DNA of 64,000 nucleotides, taken from contig CBDDPY010000002.1 in the NCBI GenBank assembly GCA_965232515.1, forward strand, positions 3,776,001 through 3,840,000, read 5' to 3'. A model generated the notes under the pieces. The model had not been told where the DNA came from. It did no database searches and worked only from the letters and a program-made list of their open reading frames with translations. Position 1 is the stretch's first letter, and every line of letters starts with the position of its first letter. Below, one piece after another: positions 1 to 9,086 of the stretch. A program made the translations under genes and the position numbers. The DNA is from Alphaproteobacteria bacterium. Its GTDB lineage: Bacteria; Pseudomonadota; Alphaproteobacteria; GCA-2731375.

Positions 1-1077
1 GCGCGCGATGGTCGCCCGGGCATAGTCGACGCCGCCCGCGGCCTGACCGCCGTCCAGGAAGCCGCGATAGGCCGGGCTGTAATCGTCCTGGCGTTCGGGA
101 TAGGTCGCGGCGTGCGCGATCGCGGCCTCGACGGCGCAGAGCGTGCCCCACAAGGCGACGGCCTCGGTGCTGTCGGGCATGGTGACCGGCACGATCTCGG
201 CGCCGCGCGCCTTCAGGATCTCGACACCGCGGCTGATCGCGGCGGCGACCGGCGTTTCGATGGTTTCGGTGCAATAGCGTTCGTCGTAACCGATGCGCAT
301 GCCCGAGACGCCGTCATCGATGGTCGCGAGATAGTCGGGCGCGGCGCCGGGCAGGCTGGTGGGGTCGCTCGGATCCTGGCCGGCGATGGCGCCGAGCATG
401 GCAGCGGCATCCTCGACGCGCCGCGTCATCGGCCCGACATGGTCGAGCGTGTCCGAGAGCGGGAACACGCCGTGCCGGCTGACGCGGCCCCAGGTCGGCT
501 TCAGGCCGACGAGGTGATGCGTATAGCAGGGGAACCGGATCGAACCGCCGGTGTCCGAACCCAGCGAACCGAAGCAAAGGCCGGCGGCCGTGGCCGCGCC
601 CGAACCGCTGGACGACGCGCCGCACCAGAGATCGGCGTTCCACGGGTTCACCGGCGGGGCGACGTCTGGATGGTGCAGGGCGAGCGCGCCTTCGGTCAGT
701 TGCAGCTTGCCGAGGATCACGGCGCCGGCGGCGCGAAGCCGCTGCACCACAGTCGCGTCGGACCGGGCGACCCGATCCTTGAAACCCGGAATGCCGGCCA
801 TCGTCGGCACGCCTTCGCTGTCGCAGAGATCCTTCACCGCCAGCGGCACGCCGTGCAACGGTCCGCGAGACTTGCCGGATGCGAGCTCGGCCTCTGCCTG
901 CCCGGCCTCGGCCAGCGCCTGGTCGGCCATCAGCGTGGCGTAGCTCTTGATGTCGGGATCGAGCGCGGCGATGCGCGCCAGCATGGCTTCGGTCAACGCG
1001 ACCGGCGACAGTTCCTTGGCGGCGAGCCTGCGGCCCGTCTCGACCAGACCCGCAAGGCCCAACTCAGAATGCGTCAT
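1..1077 (-). CDS. Amidase signature (GatA-like) family amidase, partial (runs off left edge)
   Basis: Not in the ORF track because no stop is in the window. Manual translation from ATG 1077 gives MTHSELGLAGLVETGRRLAAKELSPVALT...GPLHGVPLAVKD...GASSSGSGAA...SLGSDTGGSIRFP...VGLKPTWGRVSRHG. GGGGGAGA RBS upstream. Confidence 0.9.
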   Translation of the reverse strand, partial: MTHSELGLAGLVETGRRLAAKELSPVALTEAMLARIAALDPDIKSYATLMADQALAEAGQAEAELASGKSRGPLHGVPLAVKDLCDSEGVPTMAGIPGFKDRVARSDATVVQRLRAAGAVILGKLQLTEGALALHHPDVAPPVNPWNADLWCGASSSGSGAATAAGLCFGSLGSDTGGSIRFPCYTHHLVGLKPTWGRVSRHGVFPLSDTLDHVGPMTRRVEDAAAMLGAIAGQDPSDPTSLPGAAPDYLATIDDGVSGMRIGYDERYCTETIETPVAAAISRGVEILKARGAEIVPVTMPDSTEAVALWGTLCAVEAAIAHAATYPERQDDYSPAYRGFLDGGQAAGGVDYARATIAR

Positions 1078-1145
1078 GGTTTTCTCCCCCGTTTCCGTTA
1101 GCTGTTGTGCGTCTCCCGGCGTCGATGCAGGCGAAGACCGGGGCC

Positions 1146-1775
1146 TCAACCCAGGACATGCCGGCGGTCACCGGCGTCGTCGGCCAACAGTTCCGCAATC
1201 GACCGTCGCTTCGACATGATCTGCAGGCTCAGATCCTCGATACTGATCCGTCGCGCCATCGCGCCGCGCTGCAGCAGCCGGTACGCCTCGCCTTCCGAAA
1301 GCTGGCCGTGCCGCATTAGGTGAACGACCGCCGAGATGACCTTGCGGCGCAGGCGCACGCGTTCTTCCGCCGCCCGCAGGCGAAGATGCGTTTCCCGTAA
1401 CGCCGCGAACTGGTGCATGGCGATCGCCAGGCAGGAATAGACACCGGTCCGCCGGATCGGTTTGGTCAGATAGGCCGACGGCTGACGGCTCAGCAACGCC
1501 TCCAGGCGGCTCGGCGCTTCGAAACCGATCAACGCGATACTCGGCACGGCATGCGGCTGCCAGTCGTCGTCCTCGCCCGGCCGGCTGGCCAGGCGGTCGG
1601 CATCGAAGAAAAACACGTCGACATCGGCGGCGATTTGCGCCGGCTGGTCATCGAAAGCGGTGACGCGAAGGCCGAGCTGTTCGAGCTGGTTTTGCAGCAC
1701 CGTGCGATCGGCGCCGGCCGCGTGCTCGATCAGCGCATGCAGGCCGCGGAACGAGGGAATGCGGTTGCGCTTCAT
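1146..1775 (-). CDS. amiR: AmiR-like ANTAR antiterminator (pseudo-receiver + ANTAR)
   Basis: Real start MKRNRIPSF at 1775 overlaps the amiC stop (ATGA). C-terminal ANTAR helices LM...LSEGEAYRLLQRGAMARRISI. Lies directly downstream of amiC. Confidence 0.85.
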   Translation of the reverse strand: MKRNRIPSFRGLHALIEHAAGADRTVLQNQLEQLGLRVTAFDDQPAQIAADVDVFFFDADRLASRPGEDDDWQPHAVPSIALIGFEAPSRLEALLSRQPSAYLTKPIRRTGVYSCLAIAMHQFAALRETHLRLRAAEERVRLRRKVISAVVHLMRHGQLSEGEAYRLLQRGAMARRISIEDLSLQIMSKRRSIAELLADDAGDRRHVLG

Positions 1776-2977
1776 CGTACGACCCTCAGCCGCGGCCCGG
1801 CCCGATCGCGCGATCGCTGCCGCACCGCCGCGCCAGCCAGCGCGTCGACATCGAGCCAGGCCAGATAGGGGTCCGGCTTCACCGGTTCGCCGGCGGCCTC
1901 GACAATGTCGAAACGGAAACCGCTTTGCGAGCGGGCGAGGCGCGGCGTCAGGTAGCAGTGGTTGGTCTCCCGATCGACGGTGACCTTGCCTTGCGGCGCG
2001 TCGATCGTTTCGCCGTAGACGGCGTTGCGCACCGCGTGCACGTCGGCACGACCGGCGCGGCGGATCGCCCGCGCGAGCAGGATGCCGCAGAGATAGGCGG
2101 CCTCGGCATCGACCCCGGGCAGGGCGTCCGATCCGAACTTGGCCTGGTATCGGCGCACGAAACTGCGGTTGGCCGGCGTGTCGATGCTGGCGAAATAGAC
2201 CGACGAGCTCAGGTGGCCTACCGATGCCGCGGGTCCGATCAGCCGCAGTTCCGGCTCGCTGAGGCTGCAACTCAATATCGGCACGGCTGCGTCATCGCCG
2301 ATACCGGCGCGATGGCGGGCCTCGCGCAGCTTGCGGTGAAACAGATAGCTGGCCTCGCCGACGAGCGTGTTGAAGATGGCCGGCGGCCGCTTGTCGACGA
2401 TCTCCTGCACGATGTGGTCGATGTCGGTGTCGCCCAAGGCGACCAGCCGCTTGGCCAGCACCTGGCCGCCCGCCGCGTTGACGATCTCCTGCAGGACACG
2501 TGTTGTTTCCCAGGTCCAGATGTAGTTCGAGCCGACGCAGAACACATCGGCGCCGATGTCCCGGATCATGTGCGCGGCCAGCGGCACGATGTGCTGGTTC
2601 GGCGCGGCGCCGACATAGATCACGTTGTCGCTGCTTTCGAAGCCTTCGTAGCGCGCGGAGTGCCAGAGCAGGCGGTCATAGCGCTCCAGCAATGGCAGCA
2701 CCTGCTTGCGGGAAGCAGACGTGTAGCAACCGACGATGTGATGGACCGACTTGTCGCGGATCAGGGTCTGCAGGTGCGCTTCGTACTGGCGCAGGTCGCC
2801 GCCGGGGTCGAGCGTCAGCGGCACCAGCTCGAAGTCGTTGTCGGGACCGGCATTGACCTCGTCGATCGCCAACGAGATGCCGTTCACCATCTCGCGGCCG
2901 ATCGGCCCATAGGGCCCGGTGCGTGAGTACAGCACACCGATGTGCACCGGCTCGCGTCGACGTCGCATCCCAGTCAT
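1772..2977 (-). CDS. amiC: AmiC-like amide sensor / negative regulator (periplasmic-binding-protein fold, no signal peptide)
   Basis: IGVLYSRTG, GCYTSASRK, YEGFE, GAAPNQH and VGSNYIW motifs. No hydrophobic signal peptide. Coupled to the ANTAR gene. Confidence 0.88.
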   Translation of the reverse strand: MTGMRRRREPVHIGVLYSRTGPYGPIGREMVNGISLAIDEVNAGPDNDFELVPLTLDPGGDLRQYEAHLQTLIRDKSVHHIVGCYTSASRKQVLPLLERYDRLLWHSARYEGFESSDNVIYVGAAPNQHIVPLAAHMIRDIGADVFCVGSNYIWTWETTRVLQEIVNAAGGQVLAKRLVALGDTDIDHIVQEIVDKRPPAIFNTLVGEASYLFHRKLREARHRAGIGDDAAVPILSCSLSEPELRLIGPAASVGHLSSSVYFASIDTPANRSFVRRYQAKFGSDALPGVDAEAAYLCGILLARAIRRAGRADVHAVRNAVYGETIDAPQGKVTVDRETNHCYLTPRLARSQSGFRFDIVEAAGEPVKPDPYLAWLDVDALAGAAVRQRSRDRAGPRLRVVR

Positions 2978-3016
2978 GTCCCTTCACTTAAAGCCTCACA
3001 TCGTCACCCCGACCCT

Positions 3017-3076
3017 GTCAAATGACGCCGCCGCATGGCAGCTATCTTGACAACGTTCAGGGGCGCCGCCTACCGT
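3017..3076. promoter_or_regulatory. Divergent sigma70-type promoters (back-to-back TTGACA -35 boxes)
   Basis: TTGACA on + at 3047-3052 with TACCGT 18 nt downstream. TTGACA on - at 3017-3022 pointing toward amiC. Confidence 0.5.
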
Positions 3077-3101
3077 ATTGGCAGTACGGCGCGCACGGCC
3101 A

Positions 3102-3177
3102 CGGACAATGGCGTCCGGCAACGCGGCGCGCGCCTCGTAATCATTCTGGGCGTTACGATGCCCACGGCAAGGTAGCC
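3102..3177 (+). promoter_or_regulatory. ANTAR-target RNA leader (two hexaloop hairpins)
   Basis: CGGAC-AATGGC-GTCCG (3102-3117) and GGC-AAGGTA-GCC (3166-3177). Both loops have A1/G4 and a C-G closing pair, as in ANTAR substrates. Confidence 0.75.
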
Positions 3178-3215
3178 TCGACCCAAGTTTTTGGGTGCGG
3201 GGCTTTTTGCGTTTT
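3174..3215 (+). terminator. Intrinsic terminator (attenuator) in the amidase operon leader
   Basis: AGCCTCG-ACCCAA/GTTT/TTGGGT-G-CGGGGCT stem followed by TTTTGCGTTTT. Its 5' arm overlaps the second ANTAR hairpin. Confidence 0.8.
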
Positions 3216-3257
3216 ACCGCCATGTGTGCCGCAGGACGGAACAAGGAGGGGGGCCCG

Positions 3258-4808
3258 ATGCCGGTCAGGCTGCCGACAACAGACCAACTGGACGACATCG
3301 CCGTATCCTTCGGTCTCGACCTCGACGACGATGACCTGCGGTCGTTCCGCGAGATCATGCGCGGGCCGCTGACGTCCTATGCCAGGCTCGACCAACTCGC
3401 CGAGCCCAAGCTGCCGGTGCGTTATGCGCGAACGCCCGGCCACCGGCCGACCGAGGCCGACAATCCCTACAACGCATGGTATTGGCGCACCGAGATCAAG
3501 GGCGCGCGCAACGGCCTGCTGGCCGGCAAGTCGGTGGCGATCAAGGACAATATCTGCGTCGCCGGCGTGCCGATGATGAACGGCTCGGCCTTGCTCGAAG
3601 GCTATGTGCCCGAGATCGATGCGACGGTGGTGACACGCATTCTCGAGGCCGGCGGCACCATCGCCGGCAAGGCCGCATGCGAGGATCTGTGTTTCTCCGG
3701 CGCCAGCCACACGGCGGCGACGGGGCCGATCCGCAATCCGCACAATCCCAAGCACAGCGCCGGCGGATCGTCGGGCGGCAGCGCCGCGCTGGTCGCGGCC
3801 GGCGAGGTGCCGATGGCCCTGGGCGGCGACCAGGGCGGCTCGATCCGCACGCCGTCGAGCTGGTGTGGCGTTTACGGGCTGAAACCGACCTGGGGCCTGG
3901 TGCCGACAACGGGATCGATGCCGATCTCCTATTCGGTCGATCATTGCGGCCCGATCTGCGCCAGCACCGAGGACGTGGCGCGGCTGCTGACGGTGATCGC
4001 TGGGCACGACGGCTACGACAGCCGGACGCAGCTGGCCAGCACCGGCGACTATATGGGCGCGTTGGAAGCGGGCGTCAAAGGACTGCGCATCGGCATCCTG
4101 AAGCAGGGCTTCGGTCATCCCGAAAGCGATGCCGCCGTCGACCGTGCCGCGCGGGACGCCATCGGCGTTCTGAAATCGCTGGGCGCCAAGGTCAGCAAGG
4201 TTTCGGTGCCGATGCATTACGACGGCCCGCATATCTGGAGCGGTATCATCCTGGAAGGCGCCGCCGAGATGATGCTGAAAGGCTATGGCGTCGGCAACAA
4301 CGTGCAGGGTTACTACCCGCTGTCGATGCAGGAAGCCTTTGCGCGCGGCATGTCGACCCGCTTGAACGATGCCGCGGAGACGGTGAAGCTGGTGCTGATG
4401 CTGGGCGAATACCTGCATCGCAACTATCACAACCGCTATCATTCCAAGGCGCAGAATTTGCGCGTGCTGTTGCGCGACGCCTATGCTGAGGCATTGAACG
4501 AGGTCGACATCCTGGCGATGCCGACGATCCCGTTCACCGCGACTGAGATTCCGCCGGCCGACTGTCCTCTGGAGCAATATGTCGATCTGGCGCTGAACAT
4601 GCAGGCGAATACCTGTCCGTTCGATGTCAGCGGCAATCCGGCGTTCACCCTGCCGTGTGCGCAGAAGGGCGGCTTGCCTGTCGGGCTGATGCTGGTCGGC
4701 CGGCATTTCGAGGAAGCGACGCTGATAAAGGCGGCGGCCGCGTTCGAGGGCGCGGCCGACTGGCGCAAGACGGCCGCCGGTGGCGCCCGCCGCAAGGCCA
4801 AGACCTGA
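3258..4808 (+). CDS. Amidase signature family amidase, CX3C subgroup
   Basis: ATG 3258 after AAGGAGG. AIKDNI, CEDLC, GGSSGGS and GGDQGGSIR motifs. Confidence 0.92.
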   Translation: MPVRLPTTDQLDDIAVSFGLDLDDDDLRSFREIMRGPLTSYARLDQLAEPKLPVRYARTPGHRPTEADNPYNAWYWRTEIKGARNGLLAGKSVAIKDNICVAGVPMMNGSALLEGYVPEIDATVVTRILEAGGTIAGKAACEDLCFSGASHTAATGPIRNPHNPKHSAGGSSGGSAALVAAGEVPMALGGDQGGSIRTPSSWCGVYGLKPTWGLVPTTGSMPISYSVDHCGPICASTEDVARLLTVIAGHDGYDSRTQLASTGDYMGALEAGVKGLRIGILKQGFGHPESDAAVDRAARDAIGVLKSLGAKVSKVSVPMHYDGPHIWSGIILEGAAEMMLKGYGVGNNVQGYYPLSMQEAFARGMSTRLNDAAETVKLVLMLGEYLHRNYHNRYHSKAQNLRVLLRDAYAEALNEVDILAMPTIPFTATEIPPADCPLEQYVDLALNMQANTCPFDVSGNPAFTLPCAQKGGLPVGLMLVGRHFEEATLIKAAAAFEGAADWRKTAAGGARRKAKT

Positions 4809-4826
4809 GCAGGGAGCGACGGACAT

Positions 4827-5825
4827 ATGGGCATGAACGATTGGGTCGGCAACTCGCTGATGGGGCTGCGCGGCGAGAGCAAAGGCGAAACCGGCGCCAC
4901 GCACGAGCTGACCGAAGAGAAGCAGGAGACCTTTCACTTCACCATCGGCCCCTATACCGATCCGGTGATGACGGCGCGCCCCGGCGATCGGATCGTCGTG
5001 GAAACGCGCGACGCCTTCAGCGGCAAGATCAAGACCGAACAGGACAAGCCGTCGGAAAAGATCCGCATGCCGTTCGCCAATCCGCAGAACGGCCCGATCA
5101 TGATCGAGGGCGCGGAGCCGGGCGACGCGCTGGCGGTCCATATCGAGAGCATGCAGCCGCGCGGCGAGCAGCCCCGCGGCACCTGCGCGATGATCCCTGA
5201 GTTCGGCGCCCTGACCGGCACCTACTACACCGCGACGCTGAACGATCCATTGCCGGAGGTGGTGCGCAAGGTGCACGTCACCGAAGAGAAGGTGGAATGG
5301 AGCGACCGGGTGACGCTGCCCTACAAGCCGCATATCGGCACCTTGAGCTGCTCGCCGGAAATCGACTCCATCAGCTCGCTGACGCCCGACAACCACGGCG
5401 GCAACATGGACCTGCCGGATATGGGCCCGGGCACGGTGACCTACCTGCCGGTGCGGGTGCCGGGCGCGCGGCTATTCATCGGCGATGCGCATGCCTGTCA
5501 GGGCGACGGCGAGGTCTGCGGCGTCGCCGTCGAACATGCCAGCCTGACGACGATCCGCGTCGACGTGATCAAGGGCTGGACCATCGAATGGCCGCGGCTG
5601 GAAAGCGACGAGATGATCATGGCGATCGGCAGCGCCCGGCCGCTGGAAGACGCGACCCGCATCGCCTATCGCGAGCTGATCCGCTGGATGGTGGCGGACC
5701 ACGGCTTCGACCAATGGGACGCCTACATGATGCTGAGCCAATGCGGGCGGGTTCGGCTCGGCAACTTTGTCGACCCGAAATACACCGTGGGCGCGGCCGT
5801 ATCGAAGAAGTACCTGGTCCAATAA
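4827..5825 (+). CDS. Acetamidase/formamidase (FmdA/AmdA) family protein
   Basis: NPQNGPI..EGAEPGD, HGGNMD and GDAHACQGDGE motifs. Confidence 0.9.
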   Translation: MGMNDWVGNSLMGLRGESKGETGATHELTEEKQETFHFTIGPYTDPVMTARPGDRIVVETRDAFSGKIKTEQDKPSEKIRMPFANPQNGPIMIEGAEPGDALAVHIESMQPRGEQPRGTCAMIPEFGALTGTYYTATLNDPLPEVVRKVHVTEEKVEWSDRVTLPYKPHIGTLSCSPEIDSISSLTPDNHGGNMDLPDMGPGTVTYLPVRVPGARLFIGDAHACQGDGEVCGVAVEHASLTTIRVDVIKGWTIEWPRLESDEMIMAIGSARPLEDATRIAYRELIRWMVADHGFDQWDAYMMLSQCGRVRLGNFVDPKYTVGAAVSKKYLVQ

Positions 5826-5851
5826 CGGTCTGAACAGGGGAGAAAAGAATA

Positions 5852-7084
5852 ATGCAACGATACGCTTCAAAACCGTGGCTCGGCGCCCTGTCGGCGCTGG
5901 CGATGCTGTCGGCGACTGGTGTCGCCGCACAGGACAAGATCACGATCGGCCTGCTGGAGGACGTGTCCGGCGACATCGCGCTGATGGGCGCGCCGAAACT
6001 GAACGGCACCCTGCTGGCGGTCGAGGAGATCAACAACGCCGGCGGCATCATGGGCCGGCAGATCGAGGTCAAGCATCTCGATCCGCAGATGGACAACGCG
6101 CGCTATCAGGAATTCGCCCGCCGGCTGATCAAGCGCGACAAGGTCGACGTGCTGATCGGCGGCATCACCAGCGCCTCGCGCGAGGCCATCCGGCCGATCG
6201 TCAACCGCTCCAACGTCTTCTATTTCTATACCAACCAGTACGAGGGCGGTGTCTGCGACGCCAGCATGGTCAGCACCGGCGCCGTGCCGGAGCAGCAGTT
6301 CTCGACGCTGATCCCGTGGATGGTCGAGAAGTTCGGCAAGAGGGTTTATGTCATCGCCGCCGACTACAATTTCGGCCAGCTCTCGGCGGTCTGGACCCGC
6401 GACATTCTGAACAAGCTGGGCGGCGAGGTCATCGGCGAGGAGTTCATCCCGCTGGGCGTGTCGCAGTTCGGCCAGACAATCCAGAACATCCAGAAGGCGA
6501 AGCCGGACTGGATCATGACGCTGAACGTGGGCGCGGCGCAGGACTCGTTCTTCGAGCAGGCGGCCGCGGCCAAGCTCGATATCCCGATGGGCAGCTCGAT
6601 CAAGATCATGCTCGGTTTCGAGCACAAGCGCTTCGCGCCGCCGGCGCTGGCCAACATGCATGCGGTGGCGAACTGGTTCGAGGAGGTCGACACGCCGGCC
6701 GCCGCGGACTTCAAGAAGCGCTGGCGGGCCAAGTTCCCGGAGGAGAAGTACATCAACGACATGGGCTACAACGCCTATGTGACGGTGTACATGTACAAGA
6801 TGCTGGTCGAGGCCGCGAAGTCGACCGACAAGGAAGACCTGCGCAAGGTCATCGCCACGGGCGAGGCCTGCATCGAGGCGCCGGAAGGCAAGATCTGCAT
6901 CGATCCGAAAAGCCAGCACACCTCGCATCGCATGCGGCTGATCAGTGTCGACAACAGCCACAACGTGAGCGTGACCAAGGATTTCGGATTGATCGAGCCC
7001 TATTGGTTAGGCGAGGTCGGTTGCGATCTGACGCAGCACGATCCCAAGGAACAATACGACCCCAACAATCTGCCGAAGAAGTAG
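5852..7084 (+). CDS. Urea/short-chain amide ABC transporter substrate-binding protein (UrtA/FmdD-like)
   Basis: Signal peptide. SASRE, YEGG, GAVPEQQ and ADYNFG motifs. Confidence 0.88.
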   Translation: MQRYASKPWLGALSALAMLSATGVAAQDKITIGLLEDVSGDIALMGAPKLNGTLLAVEEINNAGGIMGRQIEVKHLDPQMDNARYQEFARRLIKRDKVDVLIGGITSASREAIRPIVNRSNVFYFYTNQYEGGVCDASMVSTGAVPEQQFSTLIPWMVEKFGKRVYVIAADYNFGQLSAVWTRDILNKLGGEVIGEEFIPLGVSQFGQTIQNIQKAKPDWIMTLNVGAAQDSFFEQAAAAKLDIPMGSSIKIMLGFEHKRFAPPALANMHAVANWFEEVDTPAAADFKKRWRAKFPEEKYINDMGYNAYVTVYMYKMLVEAAKSTDKEDLRKVIATGEACIEAPEGKICIDPKSQHTSHRMRLISVDNSHNVSVTKDFGLIEPYWLGEVGCDLTQHDPKEQYDPNNLPKK

Positions 7085-7164
7085 GCAAGGGCGCTACTCT
7101 TTGATCGGGCGGCGGCGCGCGGGCAACGCGCGCCGCTGACCCGGCCATTGCCGCCGGAGGGGCG

Positions 7165-8031
7165 ATGTTCGCCGAGATCTTCTCGATACTCTTTCAGTTC
7201 GCCGACGTGTTTGCGTTTCTGGTGCTGGCCGCCGCCGGGCTGGCGATCATCTTCGGCATGATGGGCATCATCAACCTCGCGCACGGCGAGTTCATTACCT
7301 GCGGCATTTACGTGACCGTCGCTGGCGTGCAGCAGGGACTGCCGCTGCCGGTGGCGCAGGCGCTGGGCGCGCTGACCGCCGGCGTCATCGGCGTCATTCT
7401 GGAACGCACCGTCATCCACCGGCTCTATAACCGGCCGCTCGACTCGATCCTGGCGACCTGGGGCATCAGCCTGATCGTCACGCAAGGTATGCTGGTCACG
7501 CTGGGTTCGAGCTGGGCCGGGATCGGCACGCCCGAAGGCAGCTTCCAGGTCGGCGAGTACACCTTCTCCACCTATCGGCTGGTGCTGTTCGCGGCGGCCG
7601 TGCTGGTGATGCTGGCGCTCTATCTGCTGTTCATGCGCACGCGCTACGGCGTTCTGGCGCGCGCCACGATGCAGAACCCGCAGATGGCGCGCGCGCTCGG
7701 CGTCCGCACGCCATGGGTCTACGCCACCAGCTTCGGCGTCGGCGCGGCGCTGGCCGGCCTGTGCGGCGCGCTCTATGCGCCGACCATGACCCTGATCCCG
7801 ACCATGGGCATCACCTTCATCGTCGAGGCCTTCGTCACCGTCGTCGTTGGCGGCTCCAACGTGCTGATCGGCACGGTGCCGGCGGCCATGGTGCTGGGCG
7901 CCATCCGCACGGCGCTGAACGCCTGGCAGGGCCAGATCATCGGCCAGATCGGCATGCTGATCGCGGTGATCCTGGTGATCCGGGTGCTGCCCGAGGGCGT
8001 CTCGGGCTGGCTGCTGCGCCGGAACCGCTGA
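7165..8031 (+). CDS. ABC transporter permease (UrtB/LivH-like)
   Basis: GLAIIFGMMGIINLAHGEF, RPLDSILATWG; hydrophobic. Confidence 0.9.
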   Translation: MFAEIFSILFQFADVFAFLVLAAAGLAIIFGMMGIINLAHGEFITCGIYVTVAGVQQGLPLPVAQALGALTAGVIGVILERTVIHRLYNRPLDSILATWGISLIVTQGMLVTLGSSWAGIGTPEGSFQVGEYTFSTYRLVLFAAAVLVMLALYLLFMRTRYGVLARATMQNPQMARALGVRTPWVYATSFGVGAALAGLCGALYAPTMTLIPTMGITFIVEAFVTVVVGGSNVLIGTVPAAMVLGAIRTALNAWQGQIIGQIGMLIAVILVIRVLPEGVSGWLLRRNR

Positions 8032-9086
8032 TGCGCATGCGGCTACAGGCGCTGAACGGACCGCAGACGATTGGCAACGGCCGGGCGTTCTGGATCAGCT
8101 TCATCGTCGTCCTGATCGGCGCGCTGATCTACCCGGCCTGGGCCGATCCCTACGACGTCGGCAACTCGGCCTATTTCCTGATCTGGATTTTCATGGCCCT
8201 CGGCCTGTCGCTGATGTGGGGTTATACCGGCATCATGTCGTTCGGACAGACGGCGTTTTTCGGCGTCGCCGGTTATGGCTATGGCGTCATCGCGATCAAT
8301 ATCGACGCCACGGGCGGCCTGACGCTTGTCGCGCTGCTCTGCGCCGTGTCGTTGGCGGCCGTGTCGGCCGCGGTGCTGGGCTATTTCATGATTTACGGCC
8401 GCGTCGGCGGCGTGTTTTTCGGCATCGTCACCTTTGCGACGACGCTGGCGTTGGCGGCGTTCCTGCACCAGACGGCCGGTCCGGAATGGGCCATCGGCAA
8501 GGCCCGCCTGAACGGCTTCAACGGCATGGGCGGCATGTCGCCGCTGGAACTGCCCTGGTTCGACGGGCCGATCTATTTGGAGGACACGGCGCTCTACTAT
8601 TTCGTCCTGCTGTTGCTGCTGGCCGTCTATCTCGGCCTGCGCCTGCTGGTGAACGGCCGCTTCGGCAACGTCCTGGTGGCGATCCGCGAGGACCCGCTGC
8701 GGGCCGAGCTGCTGGGCTACGATGTGCGCAAGTTCCAGCTCGCGGCCTTCGTCATCGGCAGCGCGCTGGCCGGTCTCAGCGGCGTGCTCTATACGGCCTG
8801 GGGGCAGTTCATCACGCCCGCCAGCATGGGCCTGCCGGCGGCGGCGATGCCGATTATCTGGGTTGCGTTCAGCGGTCGCAGCGACTTGACGGCGACGCTG
8901 GTCGGCACCTTCACGCTGCTGCTGGCGTTCCAAACCATCACCATCTACAGCCAGCAATACGCCCTGATCCTGATGGGCGCGGTGCTGTTGGCGACCGTGC
9001 TGTTCATGCCGACCGGGCTGATGGTCGAGATCGGGCGGCTGATCAAGCGGATGCATGCGAGAGCGACCGCGGGGTCGACGTTGTGA
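8031..9086 (+). CDS. ABC transporter permease (UrtC/LivM-like)
   Basis: Start ATG 8031 (or 8037) overlapping the previous stop. WGYTGIMSFGQTAFFG, FGNVLVAIRED..RAELLGY. Confidence 0.88.
   Translation: MRMRLQALNGPQTIGNGRAFWISFIVVLIGALIYPAWADPYDVGNSAYFLIWIFMALGLSLMWGYTGIMSFGQTAFFGVAGYGYGVIAINIDATGGLTLVALLCAVSLAAVSAAVLGYFMIYGRVGGVFFGIVTFATTLALAAFLHQTAGPEWAIGKARLNGFNGMGGMSPLELPWFDGPIYLEDTALYYFVLLLLLAVYLGLRLLVNGRFGNVLVAIREDPLRAELLGYDVRKFQLAAFVIGSALAGLSGVLYTAWGQFITPASMGLPAAAMPIIWVAFSGRSDLTATLVGTFTLLLAFQTITIYSQQYALILMGAVLLATVLFMPTGLMVEIGRLIKRMHARATAGSTL

Noticed and set aside
112-1101. 329-aa plus-strand ORF
   Set aside because: Antisense shadow of the minus-strand amidase, which has clear motifs and an RBS.
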